Source of the DNA: Candidatus Eiseniibacteriota bacterium
GTDB lineage: Bacteria > Eisenbacteria > RBG-16-71-46 > SZUA-252
NCBI GenBank assembly: GCA_963703225.1
Contig: OY969801.1
Span: 1,088,001-1,152,000 of the forward strand
Length of the DNA stretch: 64,000 nt
Direction of reading: 5' to 3'
The position numbers and the translations under genes were made by a program. Positions 27,191 through 36,717 of the stretch are shown piece after piece (the first letter of the stretch is position 1; the number at the start of each line of letters is the position of its first letter). The notes below the pieces were generated by a model. The model did not search any database, had not been told where the DNA came from, and saw only the letters and a list, made by a program, of their open reading frames with translations.

Positions 27191-28078
27191 ATGAAGGCAC
27201 GGGTGGGTTTCGGATTGGCCCTCGTGGCGGGGCTTTCGCTCGCCACGGCCTGTGGTTTGCCAAGAGCGGAGGCGGCCCAGCTTCGAGAGGTGACCGAGCG
27301 GGTTTTCCCGTTCGAGCCCGGCGGGGAGCTCCGGATCAACAGCCAGAACGGCCGGATCGTCGTCGAGGCCTGGGATCGACCCGAGGCGCGCGTCCAGATC
27401 ACCCGCGAGGTGCGCGCCAACGAGGACCAGCGGGCCGCCGAGCTGATGAAGGAGCTTCGCGCGGACGTCACGCTCGCGAAGGGCAGCATCGTCATCGAGA
27501 GTAAGTATCCCAAGCGAGCGGAGAGCGTCGGCATCTGGGATGTGCTGGGCCAGCGGGTGACCGCGCTCAACGTTCACTATTACGTCCAGGTTCCGACCAA
27601 GACCCGCGTGGTTCTCATGACCTCGAACGGCGAGCTTCGGGTTCGGGGCATAACGGGACACGTCGTGGGGCAGACGGTGAATGGCAACGTCGACGTGACG
27701 TCGGCGACGGGCCACGTCGAGGTAAGCACCACCAACGGCGACATTCGCCTGGCCGGAATCGTAGGCTCGGCTCGGGCCGGGACCACGAACGGCGGGATCA
27801 ACGCAGAGATCCGCAGACTGCAGTCCGGAGAGGGCGTTGATCTCCAGACGACGAACGGGAACGTGACCGCCGCCCTGCCGAGCGATCTCAAGGGGGTGAT
27901 CGAGGCGGTGACGACGAACGGCAGGGTGAGCATCGGTTATTCCTTCGAGAAGCTGGGGGTCTCGAGCTCCAAGGTCGTCTATGGGAAGATCGGCGGCGGC
28001 GATGGATCGGCCGTGAAACTGAGAACGACAAACGGAAACGTGACGGTCAAGAAGGTGGGGGAGAGCGCCAGCGGCTAG
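27191..28078 (+). CDS. DUF4097-like beta-strand repeat lipoprotein
   Basis: Repeated T(T/S)NG motifs; lipobox-like ATAC. Confidence 0.8.
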   Translation: MKARVGFGLALVAGLSLATACGLPRAEAAQLREVTERVFPFEPGGELRINSQNGRIVVEAWDRPEARVQITREVRANEDQRAAELMKELRADVTLAKGSIVIESKYPKRAESVGIWDVLGQRVTALNVHYYVQVPTKTRVVLMTSNGELRVRGITGHVVGQTVNGNVDVTSATGHVEVSTTNGDIRLAGIVGSARAGTTNGGINAEIRRLQSGEGVDLQTTNGNVTAALPSDLKGVIEAVTTNGRVSIGYSFEKLGVSSSKVVYGKIGGGDGSAVKLRTTNGNVTVKKVGESASG

Positions 28079-28093
28079 GCCGGGAGGCAATAC

Positions 28094-28666
28094 TTGAGCA
28101 CCGCCATTCCGAGCAGCAACATCACCGCCACCGGGCCGATGACGCGCGGCGATTTCCTTTTGATGCTCTATTGGTACGTGGACACGAACGCCGTGCCCAA
28201 GGTGGTGGGGATCGCGGGGCTTTCCCGGCTGACCCGCGTCGCCCTGATTCTGGGGAGTGAAACCGGGCTCGATCGCAGCATCGCGCCCTTCTTCTCGTTC
28301 CATGCGACGCCGGGTGGCGGCATCGCGAGCGTCGACGTCTGGGACGAGCTCTTGGGCCTACGCGCGTATCAGGTGGTGACGCCGCTTCCGGTCGGTGAGC
28401 CGTTGCCGCCGGAGGAGCTGGCCGAGCGGAAGTACCTGCTCGAGAAGCACATCCCCGCGCACGAGCGCGCGCACTATCCGCTTCCCACGGAGTTCGAGCG
28501 GGACGTCTTGACGAACAAGGGCACGTTCTTCGCCGCGAAGCGGGAGGACCAGATGGTGGAGCGGCGGATCGCCGTCTTCAAGAAGGTCGTCGAGCTGGCC
28601 CAGCTGCCCCTCGCCGAGCTGACCATGCGCGCTCAGTCTCATATGAGCGTCGCCGCGGCGCGGTAG
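28094..28666 (+). CDS. Hypothetical protein
   Basis: 190-aa ORF, GGAGG RBS before TTG, operon context. Confidence 0.6.
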   Translation: MSTAIPSSNITATGPMTRGDFLLMLYWYVDTNAVPKVVGIAGLSRLTRVALILGSETGLDRSIAPFFSFHATPGGGIASVDVWDELLGLRAYQVVTPLPVGEPLPPEELAERKYLLEKHIPAHERAHYPLPTEFERDVLTNKGTFFAAKREDQMVERRIAVFKKVVELAQLPLAELTMRAQSHMSVAAAR

Positions 28667-28708
28667 CCTCGCACGCCGTTACTTAAGCAAAGTCCCGGGA
28701 GGCCCGGC

Positions 28709-28912
28709 TTGCTTCGCTTTCTGATCGGCACGATCTTCCTGCTTCTGACACTCCGCTTCATCGTCTCGCTCGGCAGGCTCCTCGCGTCCGGGAGAAGGCG
28801 CCCCGAGATCGATCCGGAGCAACGCGCGGATCCCAAACCAGGACCGCGGCTCGATCCTTCGAAAGCGATCGACGTTCCGTTCACGGAGATTCCCCCCGAA
28901 TCACCTCGATGA
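28709..28912 (+). CDS. Small membrane protein
   Basis: GGAGG RBS, N-terminal hydrophobic helix, stop overlaps rarA start. Confidence 0.6.
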   Translation: MLRFLIGTIFLLLTLRFIVSLGRLLASGRRRPEIDPEQRADPKPGPRLDPSKAIDVPFTEIPPESPR

Positions 28913-30270
28913 GCGACGACGCGCCCCTCGATCTCTTTCCCGATCGACCCGGCGGGCGCCGCGCCGCCCAAACGCCGCTCGCGGAGCGGATGCGCCCGCG
29001 TTCTCTCGAAGAGTTCGAAGGAAGGGAAGCGCTCCTCGGTCCCGGCTCGCTGCTGGGGTCGTCCATCGAGTCGGGCGTGCTTCCGTCGCTGATTTTCTGG
29101 GGCCCTCCCGGCAGCGGGAAGACGACGCTCGCGCGCCTCCTCGCCAAAGCCAGCGGCGCCGACTTCGTCGCCTTCAGCGCGGTCACCTCCGGCGTCAAGG
29201 AGGTGCGCGAGGTGATCGAGCGGGCCCGGGTCGCCCGGCGCGCGACGGGGACCGCCACTCTCCTCTTCGTCGACGAAATCCATCGGTTCAACAAGGCGCA
29301 GCAGGACGCGTTTCTGCCGCACGTCGAGGACGGGACGATCGTCCTGATGGGGGCGACCACCGAGAACCCGTCGTTCGAGGTCAATAACGCGCTCCTCTCC
29401 CGGATGAAGGTCATCGTGCTCCCGATGCTTCGGGAGGACGCGCTCGTGCGAATCTTGAGGAGAGCGGTGGGAGACGTCGAGCGCGGGTTGGGATCGTCCG
29501 GGATCGGCGCCGCCGAGGCCACCCTGGCGCTGATCGCGTCGATTTCGGGTGGCGACGCCCGGATCGCGCTCCAGACGCTGGAGGTCGCGGTCGGATTGGC
29601 GCGCCGGGGCCGGCGAAAGGAAATCTCCGCCGAGGACGTTCGGGAGGCCGCGCAGCGCCGCGCTCTCCCCTACGATCGTGTCGGCGAAGAGCACTACAAC
29701 ATCATCTCGGCGCTCCATAAGTGCATTCGAGGGAGCGACCCCGACGCGGGGCTCTACTGGCTGGCGCGGATGCTCGAGGCGGGGGAGGACCCGCTCTACG
29801 TGGCCCGCCGCCTAGTGCGCTTCGCCTCCGAGGACGTGGGATTGGCCGACCCGGAGGCCCTCCGGTTGGCGATCGCGGTCCGCGACACGGTCCACTTCCT
29901 CGGCATGCCCGAAGGGAATACCGCCCTCGCCCAGTTGGTCGTCTACCTCGCGCTGGCGCCCAAGAGCAACTCCATCTACCTGGCCTACCAGCGCGCGGCG
30001 CGGGACGCGACCGAGAAGGCGCCCTATCCGGTGCCGCTTTGGATCCGGAACGCGCCGACCAAGCTGATGAAGGATTTGGGCTACGGCGAAGGGTACGAGT
30101 ACGCCCACGACTACGACGACGCCATCGTCACGCAGCGATACCTGCCCGAGGAGCTGGGGGACGTCACCTACTGGAAAGGGGTCGCGCGGGGGTTTGAGAA
30201 GGAGCTGCTCGAGAGGCTGGAGCGCATCAAGGCTGAGAAAGCGAAGCGACGGGGCAAGGACGGCCGGTGA
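28909..30270 (+). CDS. rarA: Replication-associated recombination protein A (RarA/MgsA)
   Basis: PLAERMRP, GPPGSGKTT, DEIHRFNKAQQD, ATTENPSF, ISALHKCIRGSD. Confidence 0.95.
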   Translation: MSDDAPLDLFPDRPGGRRAAQTPLAERMRPRSLEEFEGREALLGPGSLLGSSIESGVLPSLIFWGPPGSGKTTLARLLAKASGADFVAFSAVTSGVKEVREVIERARVARRATGTATLLFVDEIHRFNKAQQDAFLPHVEDGTIVLMGATTENPSFEVNNALLSRMKVIVLPMLREDALVRILRRAVGDVERGLGSSGIGAAEATLALIASISGGDARIALQTLEVAVGLARRGRRKEISAEDVREAAQRRALPYDRVGEEHYNIISALHKCIRGSDPDAGLYWLARMLEAGEDPLYVARRLVRFASEDVGLADPEALRLAIAVRDTVHFLGMPEGNTALAQLVVYLALAPKSNSIYLAYQRAARDATEKAPYPVPLWIRNAPTKLMKDLGYGEGYEYAHDYDDAIVTQRYLPEELGDVTYWKGVARGFEKELLERLERIKAEKAKRRGKDGR

Positions 30271-31529
30271 CCCTGCCGCTCGACCGCCATTGGAAGAACA
30301 TCGGTTGCCTCCTGTCGGTGGAGGCGTTCTGGGGCTTGTCTCTATCCCTCATCTCGATGGTCGCGGTGCTGCCTGTCTTCTTGAGGCAGCTTGGAGCGAC
30401 CAACGCCGTGATCGGGGTCCTTCCGATCGTCTGGTTGATCACCGCGAACTTCTCCGGCTTGTTCGCGGCCCACTTCACGAGCCGGCTCACACACAGAAAG
30501 CGGGCGGTTCTCCTTCTTCATGCGGTGGTGGCGATTCCGTACATTCTGCTCTCGCTGTGGTTCTGGCGCGCCGTGCGCCCCGCAGCATGGATGGATATCT
30601 CGGCGCTTCTTCTCGGCTGGGGAGCCTCGTGGATCATCATGGGGTTCACCATCCCGGTCTGGATCAATTTCATCGGAAAGGTGACGCGCCCCGAGCTGCG
30701 CGCCCGTTCCTTCGGCGTCATCTTCTTCTTCCAGACCCTCGCGGGCTCGATTGGAGGCTGGATCGGAAGCCGCGTCTTGGGCGCCGGCCTCCCGTTTCCA
30801 ACGAATTACGCATTAGGTTTCCTCGTCGCGGCCATCTGCATGGCCGCGGGAGCCCTCTTCTTTCTGCCGGTAAAGGAGGAGGCGGGCGCGACCGCCGAGC
30901 CGGGCAGGGCGTTCTCCACGATTGTGAAGACTGCGCGAGAAATCCTTCAAAGTCGTGGGGGCGTGCGCGTCTATCTGCTGGTGCTCCTCTTCTCCGTGGG
31001 ACGCTTCCTCCTGATCACGTACTATCCGGTCTACGCGGAGGAGAAGTTCGCGCTCCTGCCGCGCGACTCGGCGCTCTATACGGCGGTGTTCATGTCCGGC
31101 CAGATGCTCGGCAGCATCTTCACGGGGATGATCGGGGATCGCTACGGATACTCCCGCGTCGCGGTGATCGCGATGGCAGCCCTGACGGTGGGGCTCGGCC
31201 TCGCCATCTTCGGGCACCATCCGGCCTTCTACTTTGCGACCGCGTTCTCCCTAGGCATCTTCTTTGTCGCCGACGTGCTCGCCCTCTTCAATCTGTCGAT
31301 GGCCTTCTCGCCGCACGAAGACAACACCGCCTACTTGGGAATCATCCCTGCCTTGGTGACTCCGATCACAGCACTGGCCGCCGGATCTTCGGGATCTTTC
31401 ATCGATCACTTCGGATTCATCCCGGTCGCCTGGGTCGGGCTTGCCGGTGCCGCGGTGGCGCTATATCTTGTCCTCTTCCACCTTCCGGAGCCCGCGTACT
31501 CGCCGGCGAGAAGGAGAGCAGCGAATTGA
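30267..31529 (+). CDS. MFS transporter
   Basis: About 12 hydrophobic segments, GMIGDRYG loop motif. Confidence 0.8.
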   Translation: MTLPLDRHWKNIGCLLSVEAFWGLSLSLISMVAVLPVFLRQLGATNAVIGVLPIVWLITANFSGLFAAHFTSRLTHRKRAVLLLHAVVAIPYILLSLWFWRAVRPAAWMDISALLLGWGASWIIMGFTIPVWINFIGKVTRPELRARSFGVIFFFQTLAGSIGGWIGSRVLGAGLPFPTNYALGFLVAAICMAAGALFFLPVKEEAGATAEPGRAFSTIVKTAREILQSRGGVRVYLLVLLFSVGRFLLITYYPVYAEEKFALLPRDSALYTAVFMSGQMLGSIFTGMIGDRYGYSRVAVIAMAALTVGLGLAIFGHHPAFYFATAFSLGIFFVADVLALFNLSMAFSPHEDNTAYLGIIPALVTPITALAAGSSGSFIDHFGFIPVAWVGLAGAAVALYLVLFHLPEPAYSPARRRAAN

Positions 31530-32653
31530 GACACTCCCAAGGGGATCTCTGGTCCGGCCTCTCGCGGTTGGTGCCGGCGTTGCCCGCGCTGGCCGCGCTG
31601 CTCGCGATTGTCTCAGCCCGTCCTCCCGCGGCCGGCGCCATGCCGCTCTACGCTTCCCGCGAAGGCGCCACATGCGTCACGTGCCATTTCGATCCCAACG
31701 GCGGAGGCATGCGCAACGAGTTCGGTTTCTACTACGGCAAGAACCGCCACTCCATGGGGGTTGAGGAGAAGTGGTCCAAGGTCACCGTCACCCCCCAGCT
31801 CAACGACTGGATCCGGCTGGGCCTGGACATGCGGTTCATGTATTACGCGTCACAGCGAGTTGGCAATTCGACGCTCGATCAATCGACGTTCTTCCCGATG
31901 GAAGGAAATCTGCGCGTGGCGATCACACCCTACGAGAATCTCGCGATCGTGGGGACGCAGGGGATTGTCGTCGAGTCAGGGTACCCGAATTCTTATGTAG
32001 CCCGGGAGCTATACGCGCTATTCAGAGGAATGCCTCACGGCGCCTACGCTCAGGTTGGACGCATCCGGCTGCCATTTGGGCTCCGGCAAGAGGACCACAC
32101 GTCGTTCACACGTGAGCGCCTTCCCTACGATGCGCAGAGGGAGGACGCCGGGATCGAAGTGGGGTCGGTGGGCCCACACTGGTTCGGACAGTTCTCGTTC
32201 ACGAACGGTGGGGCACCGTTCAGCCGGCGATCAAATACCTTCGCGGGGAAGATTGGGCGGGCAACGAAGGCATTTCAAGTCGGCGTGTCAGGTTACAGCG
32301 AGGCTTACGATGAGGTGAACGATATCGCCCGGTGGTCGGTCTACGCCTCCACCACGCGCGGACCGTTTACCATCCTGGGCGAATACGTCGGGGAGGACTT
32401 TCATGGGGGCGGCGATCAAGCCGCGTTCGCGGAAGTTGTATATCGCGTTTCCAGGGGAGTAAACCTGCGCGCAAAGCTGGACTATTTTGATCCACGCCAG
32501 CAATTCATCGCATTCCCGGTGCGCCGCTATCTTGGCGAGATCGACTTCAATCCGATGCCATTCGCCAATTTCAAGATCTCGTATCGACACCATAACTACA
32601 GAGCGATCGACGATCTCGACGAAGTGTTCGGGATGCTATTCGTCCCGTTCTAG
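31526..32653 (+). CDS. Secreted protein with N-terminal CxxCH motif and probable beta-barrel
   Basis: Signal peptide, CVTCH, amphipathic strands, C-terminal Phe; TTG start overlaps MFS stop. Confidence 0.65.
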   Translation: MRHSQGDLWSGLSRLVPALPALAALLAIVSARPPAAGAMPLYASREGATCVTCHFDPNGGGMRNEFGFYYGKNRHSMGVEEKWSKVTVTPQLNDWIRLGLDMRFMYYASQRVGNSTLDQSTFFPMEGNLRVAITPYENLAIVGTQGIVVESGYPNSYVARELYALFRGMPHGAYAQVGRIRLPFGLRQEDHTSFTRERLPYDAQREDAGIEVGSVGPHWFGQFSFTNGGAPFSRRSNTFAGKIGRATKAFQVGVSGYSEAYDEVNDIARWSVYASTTRGPFTILGEYVGEDFHGGGDQAAFAEVVYRVSRGVNLRAKLDYFDPRQQFIAFPVRRYLGEIDFNPMPFANFKISYRHHNYRAIDDLDEVFGMLFVPF

Positions 32654-32693
32654 CTCGGGGGATGAGAGTGGTGCGGGGCTGCACCCGACCGCG

Positions 32694-33860
32694 CTACTTA
32701 TAGGCGGGAATCCCCGTGATCGCTTCGCCGATCACGAGGGTGTGGATGTCGTGAGTGCCTTCGTAGGTGTAGACGCTCTCCAGGTTGCACATGTGCCGCC
32801 CGCACTGATACTCGTCGGTGATCCCGTTGGCGCCGAGGATCTCCCTCGCCATCCGGGCACACTTGAGCCCCACCTCGACGTTGTTCATCTTGCCCAGAGA
32901 AACCTGGTGCGCCTTGATCTTGCCCGCATCTTTGAGCTTGCCGAGCTGCAAAGCCAATAGCTGTCCCTTGGTGATCTCCCGGATCATCCAGGCGAGCTTC
33001 TCCTGCACCATCTGAAATCCCGCGATTGGGCGGTCGAACTGGATCCGCGTCTTGGAGTACTCGAGGGCCTCGTGGTAGCAGGCCATCGCGGCGCCCAGCC
33101 CGCCCCACGCGATTCCATATCGGGCTTGGTTCAAACACCCCAACGGACCCTTGAGCCCCTCGACGCCGGGGAGCAAGTTCTCGAGCGGAATGCGGCAGTC
33201 TTGAAACGTCAGCTCCGACGTCACCGACGCGCGGAGCGAAAACTTGCCGTGAACGTCCTTGGTGGAATATCCGGGCGTCCCTTTATCGACCAGAAATCCC
33301 CGGATCGCGCCGTCCAGGCGGCCCCAGACAATCGCGACGTCGGCGATCCCGCCGTTCGTGATCCACATCTTGCTGCCGTTCAGGACGTAGGAGTTCCCGT
33401 CCTTCCGGGCCGCCGTGCGCATGCCCGCGGGGTTGGAGCCGAAATCGGCCTCGGTGAGGCCGAAGCAGCCGATGATCTTTCCCTGCGCCATCCCGGGGAG
33501 ATACTTGTCCTTCTGCGCGTCCGACCCATACGCGTAGATGGGATACATGCAGAGCGCGCCCTGGACCGAGACAAAGGAGCGGAGCCCGCTGTCCCCGCGC
33601 TCCAGCTCCTGCATGATCAGGCCATACGCGACGTTGTTGAGCCCGGCGCAACCGTAGCCCTGGAGATTGGCACCGAACATACCCAGCTCGGCCATCTCGG
33701 GGATCAGCTCGGCGGGAAAAGTCCCCTCGCGATTGTGGCGCTCGATGATGGGGATCACGCGGTCGGAGACGAAGCGGCGGACCGAATCGCGGACGAGGAT
33801 CTCCTCGTCGCTGAACAAGGCGTCGATCTCGAGGAAATCGACGCCGTCGAACCTCTGCAT
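32694..33860 (-). CDS. gcdH: Glutaryl-CoA dehydrogenase family acyl-CoA dehydrogenase
   Basis: ELERGDSGLRSFVSVQ, GCFGLTE, SLRASVT, NLESVYTYEGTHDIH. Confidence 0.85.
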   Translation of the reverse strand: MQRFDGVDFLEIDALFSDEEILVRDSVRRFVSDRVIPIIERHNREGTFPAELIPEMAELGMFGANLQGYGCAGLNNVAYGLIMQELERGDSGLRSFVSVQGALCMYPIYAYGSDAQKDKYLPGMAQGKIIGCFGLTEADFGSNPAGMRTAARKDGNSYVLNGSKMWITNGGIADVAIVWGRLDGAIRGFLVDKGTPGYSTKDVHGKFSLRASVTSELTFQDCRIPLENLLPGVEGLKGPLGCLNQARYGIAWGGLGAAMACYHEALEYSKTRIQFDRPIAGFQMVQEKLAWMIREITKGQLLALQLGKLKDAGKIKAHQVSLGKMNNVEVGLKCARMAREILGANGITDEYQCGRHMCNLESVYTYEGTHDIHTLVIGEAITGIPAYK

Positions 33861-34055
33861 GGAGCCTCCGGATCGACCGCGGTGGGGCGCACGGGGTTAG
33901 GAGCCAACGAGCATAGCCGGAGGCCGCGGACTGGCGCAATACGGGAGTTGTTGACCCCAGCGGATGGGCGCGATACGGGAGTTACCGACCCCAAATGTAT
34001 GAGGCCGCCGGAAGGGGTCTCGGCGGCCTCGAAAAAGCGGGAAGGTGGTCGCTGC

Positions 34056-34718
34056 CTACCAGCCCGCCTTGCCTCCACCATAGCGCGAGAAATGGCTCAG
34101 ATTGGTGACGATGCCGGACATGTTCGACGGATAGGGCGAAGCGAGGCATTCCGGATTGTCGCTCAGGTTCTTGTCCGCACCCATGTCGACCCACTTCTTG
34201 GTCTCCGGGTTGAACCAGTACATCGTGAGCGAATCGGTGCTGCAGAGCGCACCCGTCGTGCTCATGTAGAGGCGGACCGGCTTCCGGAAGAGATTCAATC
34301 TCGCGGGATGAATCTCCACGTCGCAGATCATGATGGTCGAGTCGATCGTCGACATCGTGATCGTGCCCGGGCCGAGAAAGGAGCCTGGGGGCACGTAGAG
34401 GAAGAACCGTCCACACTGCATCTTTCCACCCAGGAGCCCATCGACCACGGCCGTGACCGTCGCCCGGGCGCCATCCCCGAGGAGGCCGGCGCCCATGTTC
34501 GGGGTCCAATCCATGGGCGGCTGCGTCCAGCTTGTTGTGCCGTCCGGATGAACCACGAGAATCTCGGGGCCGAACTGCGGCTGAGGCTCCGTCCCGCCGC
34601 TCCCCGTGCCGCTGCCACCGGTCGGCGGCGGACCGAGCAAGGAGTCGCCGCACCCGGCGAAGACGGCGAGCATCGATAGGAGCAGAGTCCATCGGACGAT
34701 GTGGCTGGTGAGTCTCAT
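34056..34718 (-). CDS. Hypothetical lipoprotein
   Basis: Lipobox FAGC; C-terminal LSHFSRY motif; start overlaps upstream stop. Confidence 0.7.
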   Translation of the reverse strand: MRLTSHIVRWTLLLSMLAVFAGCGDSLLGPPPTGGSGTGSGGTEPQPQFGPEILVVHPDGTTSWTQPPMDWTPNMGAGLLGDGARATVTAVVDGLLGGKMQCGRFFLYVPPGSFLGPGTITMSTIDSTIMICDVEIHPARLNLFRKPVRLYMSTTGALCSTDSLTMYWFNPETKKWVDMGADKNLSDNPECLASPYPSNMSGIVTNLSHFSRYGGGKAGW

Positions 34719-35446
34719 GACGTGGGCCTCCGATCAGCGTTAGGGGCCCCGGCGGGAGGGGCCGCTTCAGTTTGAGCGACATAGCGCATATATGCGTCGC
34801 GGATGAAGTAGGTCGCGATGACGGCGAGAAACGCGCTCATATATCCCCAGGTCAGGAAGAGGATCGCGAAAAGGTAGCCGAGCAGCTTCAGAACCACCGC
34901 GCCGACCAGCTCATAGGAGAACGCGAAGCTGGTCCGCCAGACGGTCCAGATGGCCTCGCGCCGGTGGAGTGCCACCACGCCCGAGACCAGCCAGGTGTTG
35001 AGTAGGAAGTAGGTGAGCCCGGACAGGAAGAGCGGGATCGCGTTCAACGGCGAGAGAATCGCGTCGACGCTGGCGCTCTTTCCGCCGGTCTTGAAGAAGA
35101 CGAACGACGCCGCGGCCACCGTCAGGGCGCACGCGGCGGAGTTGAAGAGCGCCTGATACCACTTCCGGCGACGGAAGAGGAGGTCGGCGACCAGGCCGGC
35201 GCACGTCGTGACCGCGATCGCCGGCGATGCCGGCAGAAGGATCAGGGTCGCGAAGTTCGCGGCGTTCGCCATGCTCAGATAGCCGCGCCCCTTGGGGGCC
35301 GGCAGCCAGAGCACCTCGCCCAGGAGATTTGCCAGCAGCCAGAAGAGAAGCGAGAGCGCGCCCACCGTCGGATCGGGTGCGCCGATCCCCCAGAGGGCGA
35401 GGCCTCCAGCCGCGACAACCAAGGCGATGTAGCCTGTCAGGAGCAT
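34715..35446 (-). CDS. Multi-pass membrane protein resembling the N-terminal membrane sensor region of HD-GYP/GGDEF proteins
   Basis: About 7 hydrophobic helices, RRRKWYQALFN and YFLLNTWLV segments; no cytoplasmic output domain. Confidence 0.6.
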   Translation of the reverse strand: MLLTGYIALVVAAGGLALWGIGAPDPTVGALSLLFWLLANLLGEVLWLPAPKGRGYLSMANAANFATLILLPASPAIAVTTCAGLVADLLFRRRKWYQALFNSAACALTVAAASFVFFKTGGKSASVDAILSPLNAIPLFLSGLTYFLLNTWLVSGVVALHRREAIWTVWRTSFAFSYELVGAVVLKLLGYLFAILFLTWGYMSAFLAVIATYFIRDAYMRYVAQTEAAPPAGAPNADRRPTS

Positions 35447-35456
35447 CTCTTTCTCC

Positions 35457-35534
35457 CTAGAACGCGCAGAGCCCGAGCACCGCGGATCCCGCGAGCGCGA
35501 GTCGGAAGAGAACCTTCTTCGGCAACCGTCCCAT
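35457..35534 (-). CDS. 25-aa small peptide MGRLPKKVLFRLALAGSAVLGLCAF
   Basis: AGGAGG SD 5 nt before ATG; stop 10 nt before next gene start; below the ORF track size cutoff. Confidence 0.55.
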   Translation of the reverse strand: MGRLPKKVLFRLALAGSAVLGLCAF

Positions 35535-35857
35535 CTGAGCCTCCTGTTCTTGTCTACGCCAAGCTTCGGTCCATGCCGGGCGTCTCCCACATCCCCATTC
35601 CCACGCCTATGGGGACGCATGGGACGTGCCCGGAACGACCGTAGCTCGTAACTGATTTATTTACAGTAATTTATAGTGCTTACTCTAAAGTCGGACTGAA
35701 GCCGAAGCGGGCCGATTTGCGCAAAGAATGGCCCGATCGAGCCAGGGGTGGGGGGTCGGCGGGTCCGGTGGCACGCTGCTCAGGGAGTGCGGTATAGTCG
35801 CTCGCGCGCGGGCTCGGGTTCGTCTACTTCCGCCGTGCGAGCTGCGCGACCAGGGTT

Positions 35858-35935
35858 GTCCCCATCGTCTAGCCTGGCCTAGGACACCGCCCTTTCACGG
35901 CGGCAACAGGGGTTCGAATCCCCTTGGGGACACCA
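35858..35935 (+). tRNA. tRNA-Glu (anticodon TTC)
   Basis: Acceptor GTCCCCA/TGGGGAC, anticodon arm CCGCC-CTTTCAC-GGCGG, GGTTCGAATCC, encoded CCA. Confidence 0.97.
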
Positions 35936-35952
35936 CTTTCATCGAGACTATT

Positions 35953-36717
35953 GTGGGCACCAGGATCGTTCTTTCAGTAGTGTCCGTCCTGCTGATTCAC
36001 TTGAGTCTCGGCTGCAGTCCTCGCAAATCGGAGCGCGACGCTCGAGCGCCTGCAAAGGGTACAGAGAGTCCTACTCCCCCGCCACAGCCCACTGGCCCGC
36101 AGATCGGGAACAGCGATTCGCTCATGAATGCAATCGCACCAGAGCTTTCCGACTGGGTAAGCATGTGGCGTGCGGCCCTCCCCGGCTTCGAGGTTGATTC
36201 GACGTGGGGAGGCGTACAGCAACGTTGGTCACCAATCTTCTCCGACACGATTGAGGATGACTTCGGGAAGACTGTCAGTGGGGGAGACATCACGTTCAAG
36301 CTACTAGGAGTAACGTCTCCTGGGGGGCGCTACGTCCTAGATATCGATCGGTACCAGCACATCGGACTGGAGAATGACGAGCTGGAAGTGGGCGGCGAGC
36401 CAGATTCGTGGACTCTTCTGATTGACCGTCGAGCGAACAGGGAAATGACTCTTGCCCGTTGTGGGACCCCCTGCGGATATCACTGGGGTAGGTGGCTATC
36501 TCCGACGAAGTTCGCCCTCGCCGGCTGGCAGGACGCCGATGAGTCCAGCGAGTGGAAGCAAGGTAATCTCCTGATCTATTCCATGACCGACTCGACCGTC
36601 GATGCGTACGTCACGCGGATCGTTTCGGCGAGCGATTACGAGCTGTATCAGGAGGCATGGAAGGCTTGGCTGCTGAGGCGCTATCATGAGTTCAGGTCGT
36701 CCCACGCAGGTTCTTAG
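35953..36717 (+). CDS. Hypothetical lipoprotein
   Basis: Hydrophobic N-terminus with LSLGC lipobox; the longer ORF call overlaps the tRNA and was trimmed. Confidence 0.6.
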   Translation: MGTRIVLSVVSVLLIHLSLGCSPRKSERDARAPAKGTESPTPPPQPTGPQIGNSDSLMNAIAPELSDWVSMWRAALPGFEVDSTWGGVQQRWSPIFSDTIEDDFGKTVSGGDITFKLLGVTSPGGRYVLDIDRYQHIGLENDELEVGGEPDSWTLLIDRRANREMTLARCGTPCGYHWGRWLSPTKFALAGWQDADESSEWKQGNLLIYSMTDSTVDAYVTRIVSASDYELYQEAWKAWLLRRYHEFRSSHAGS

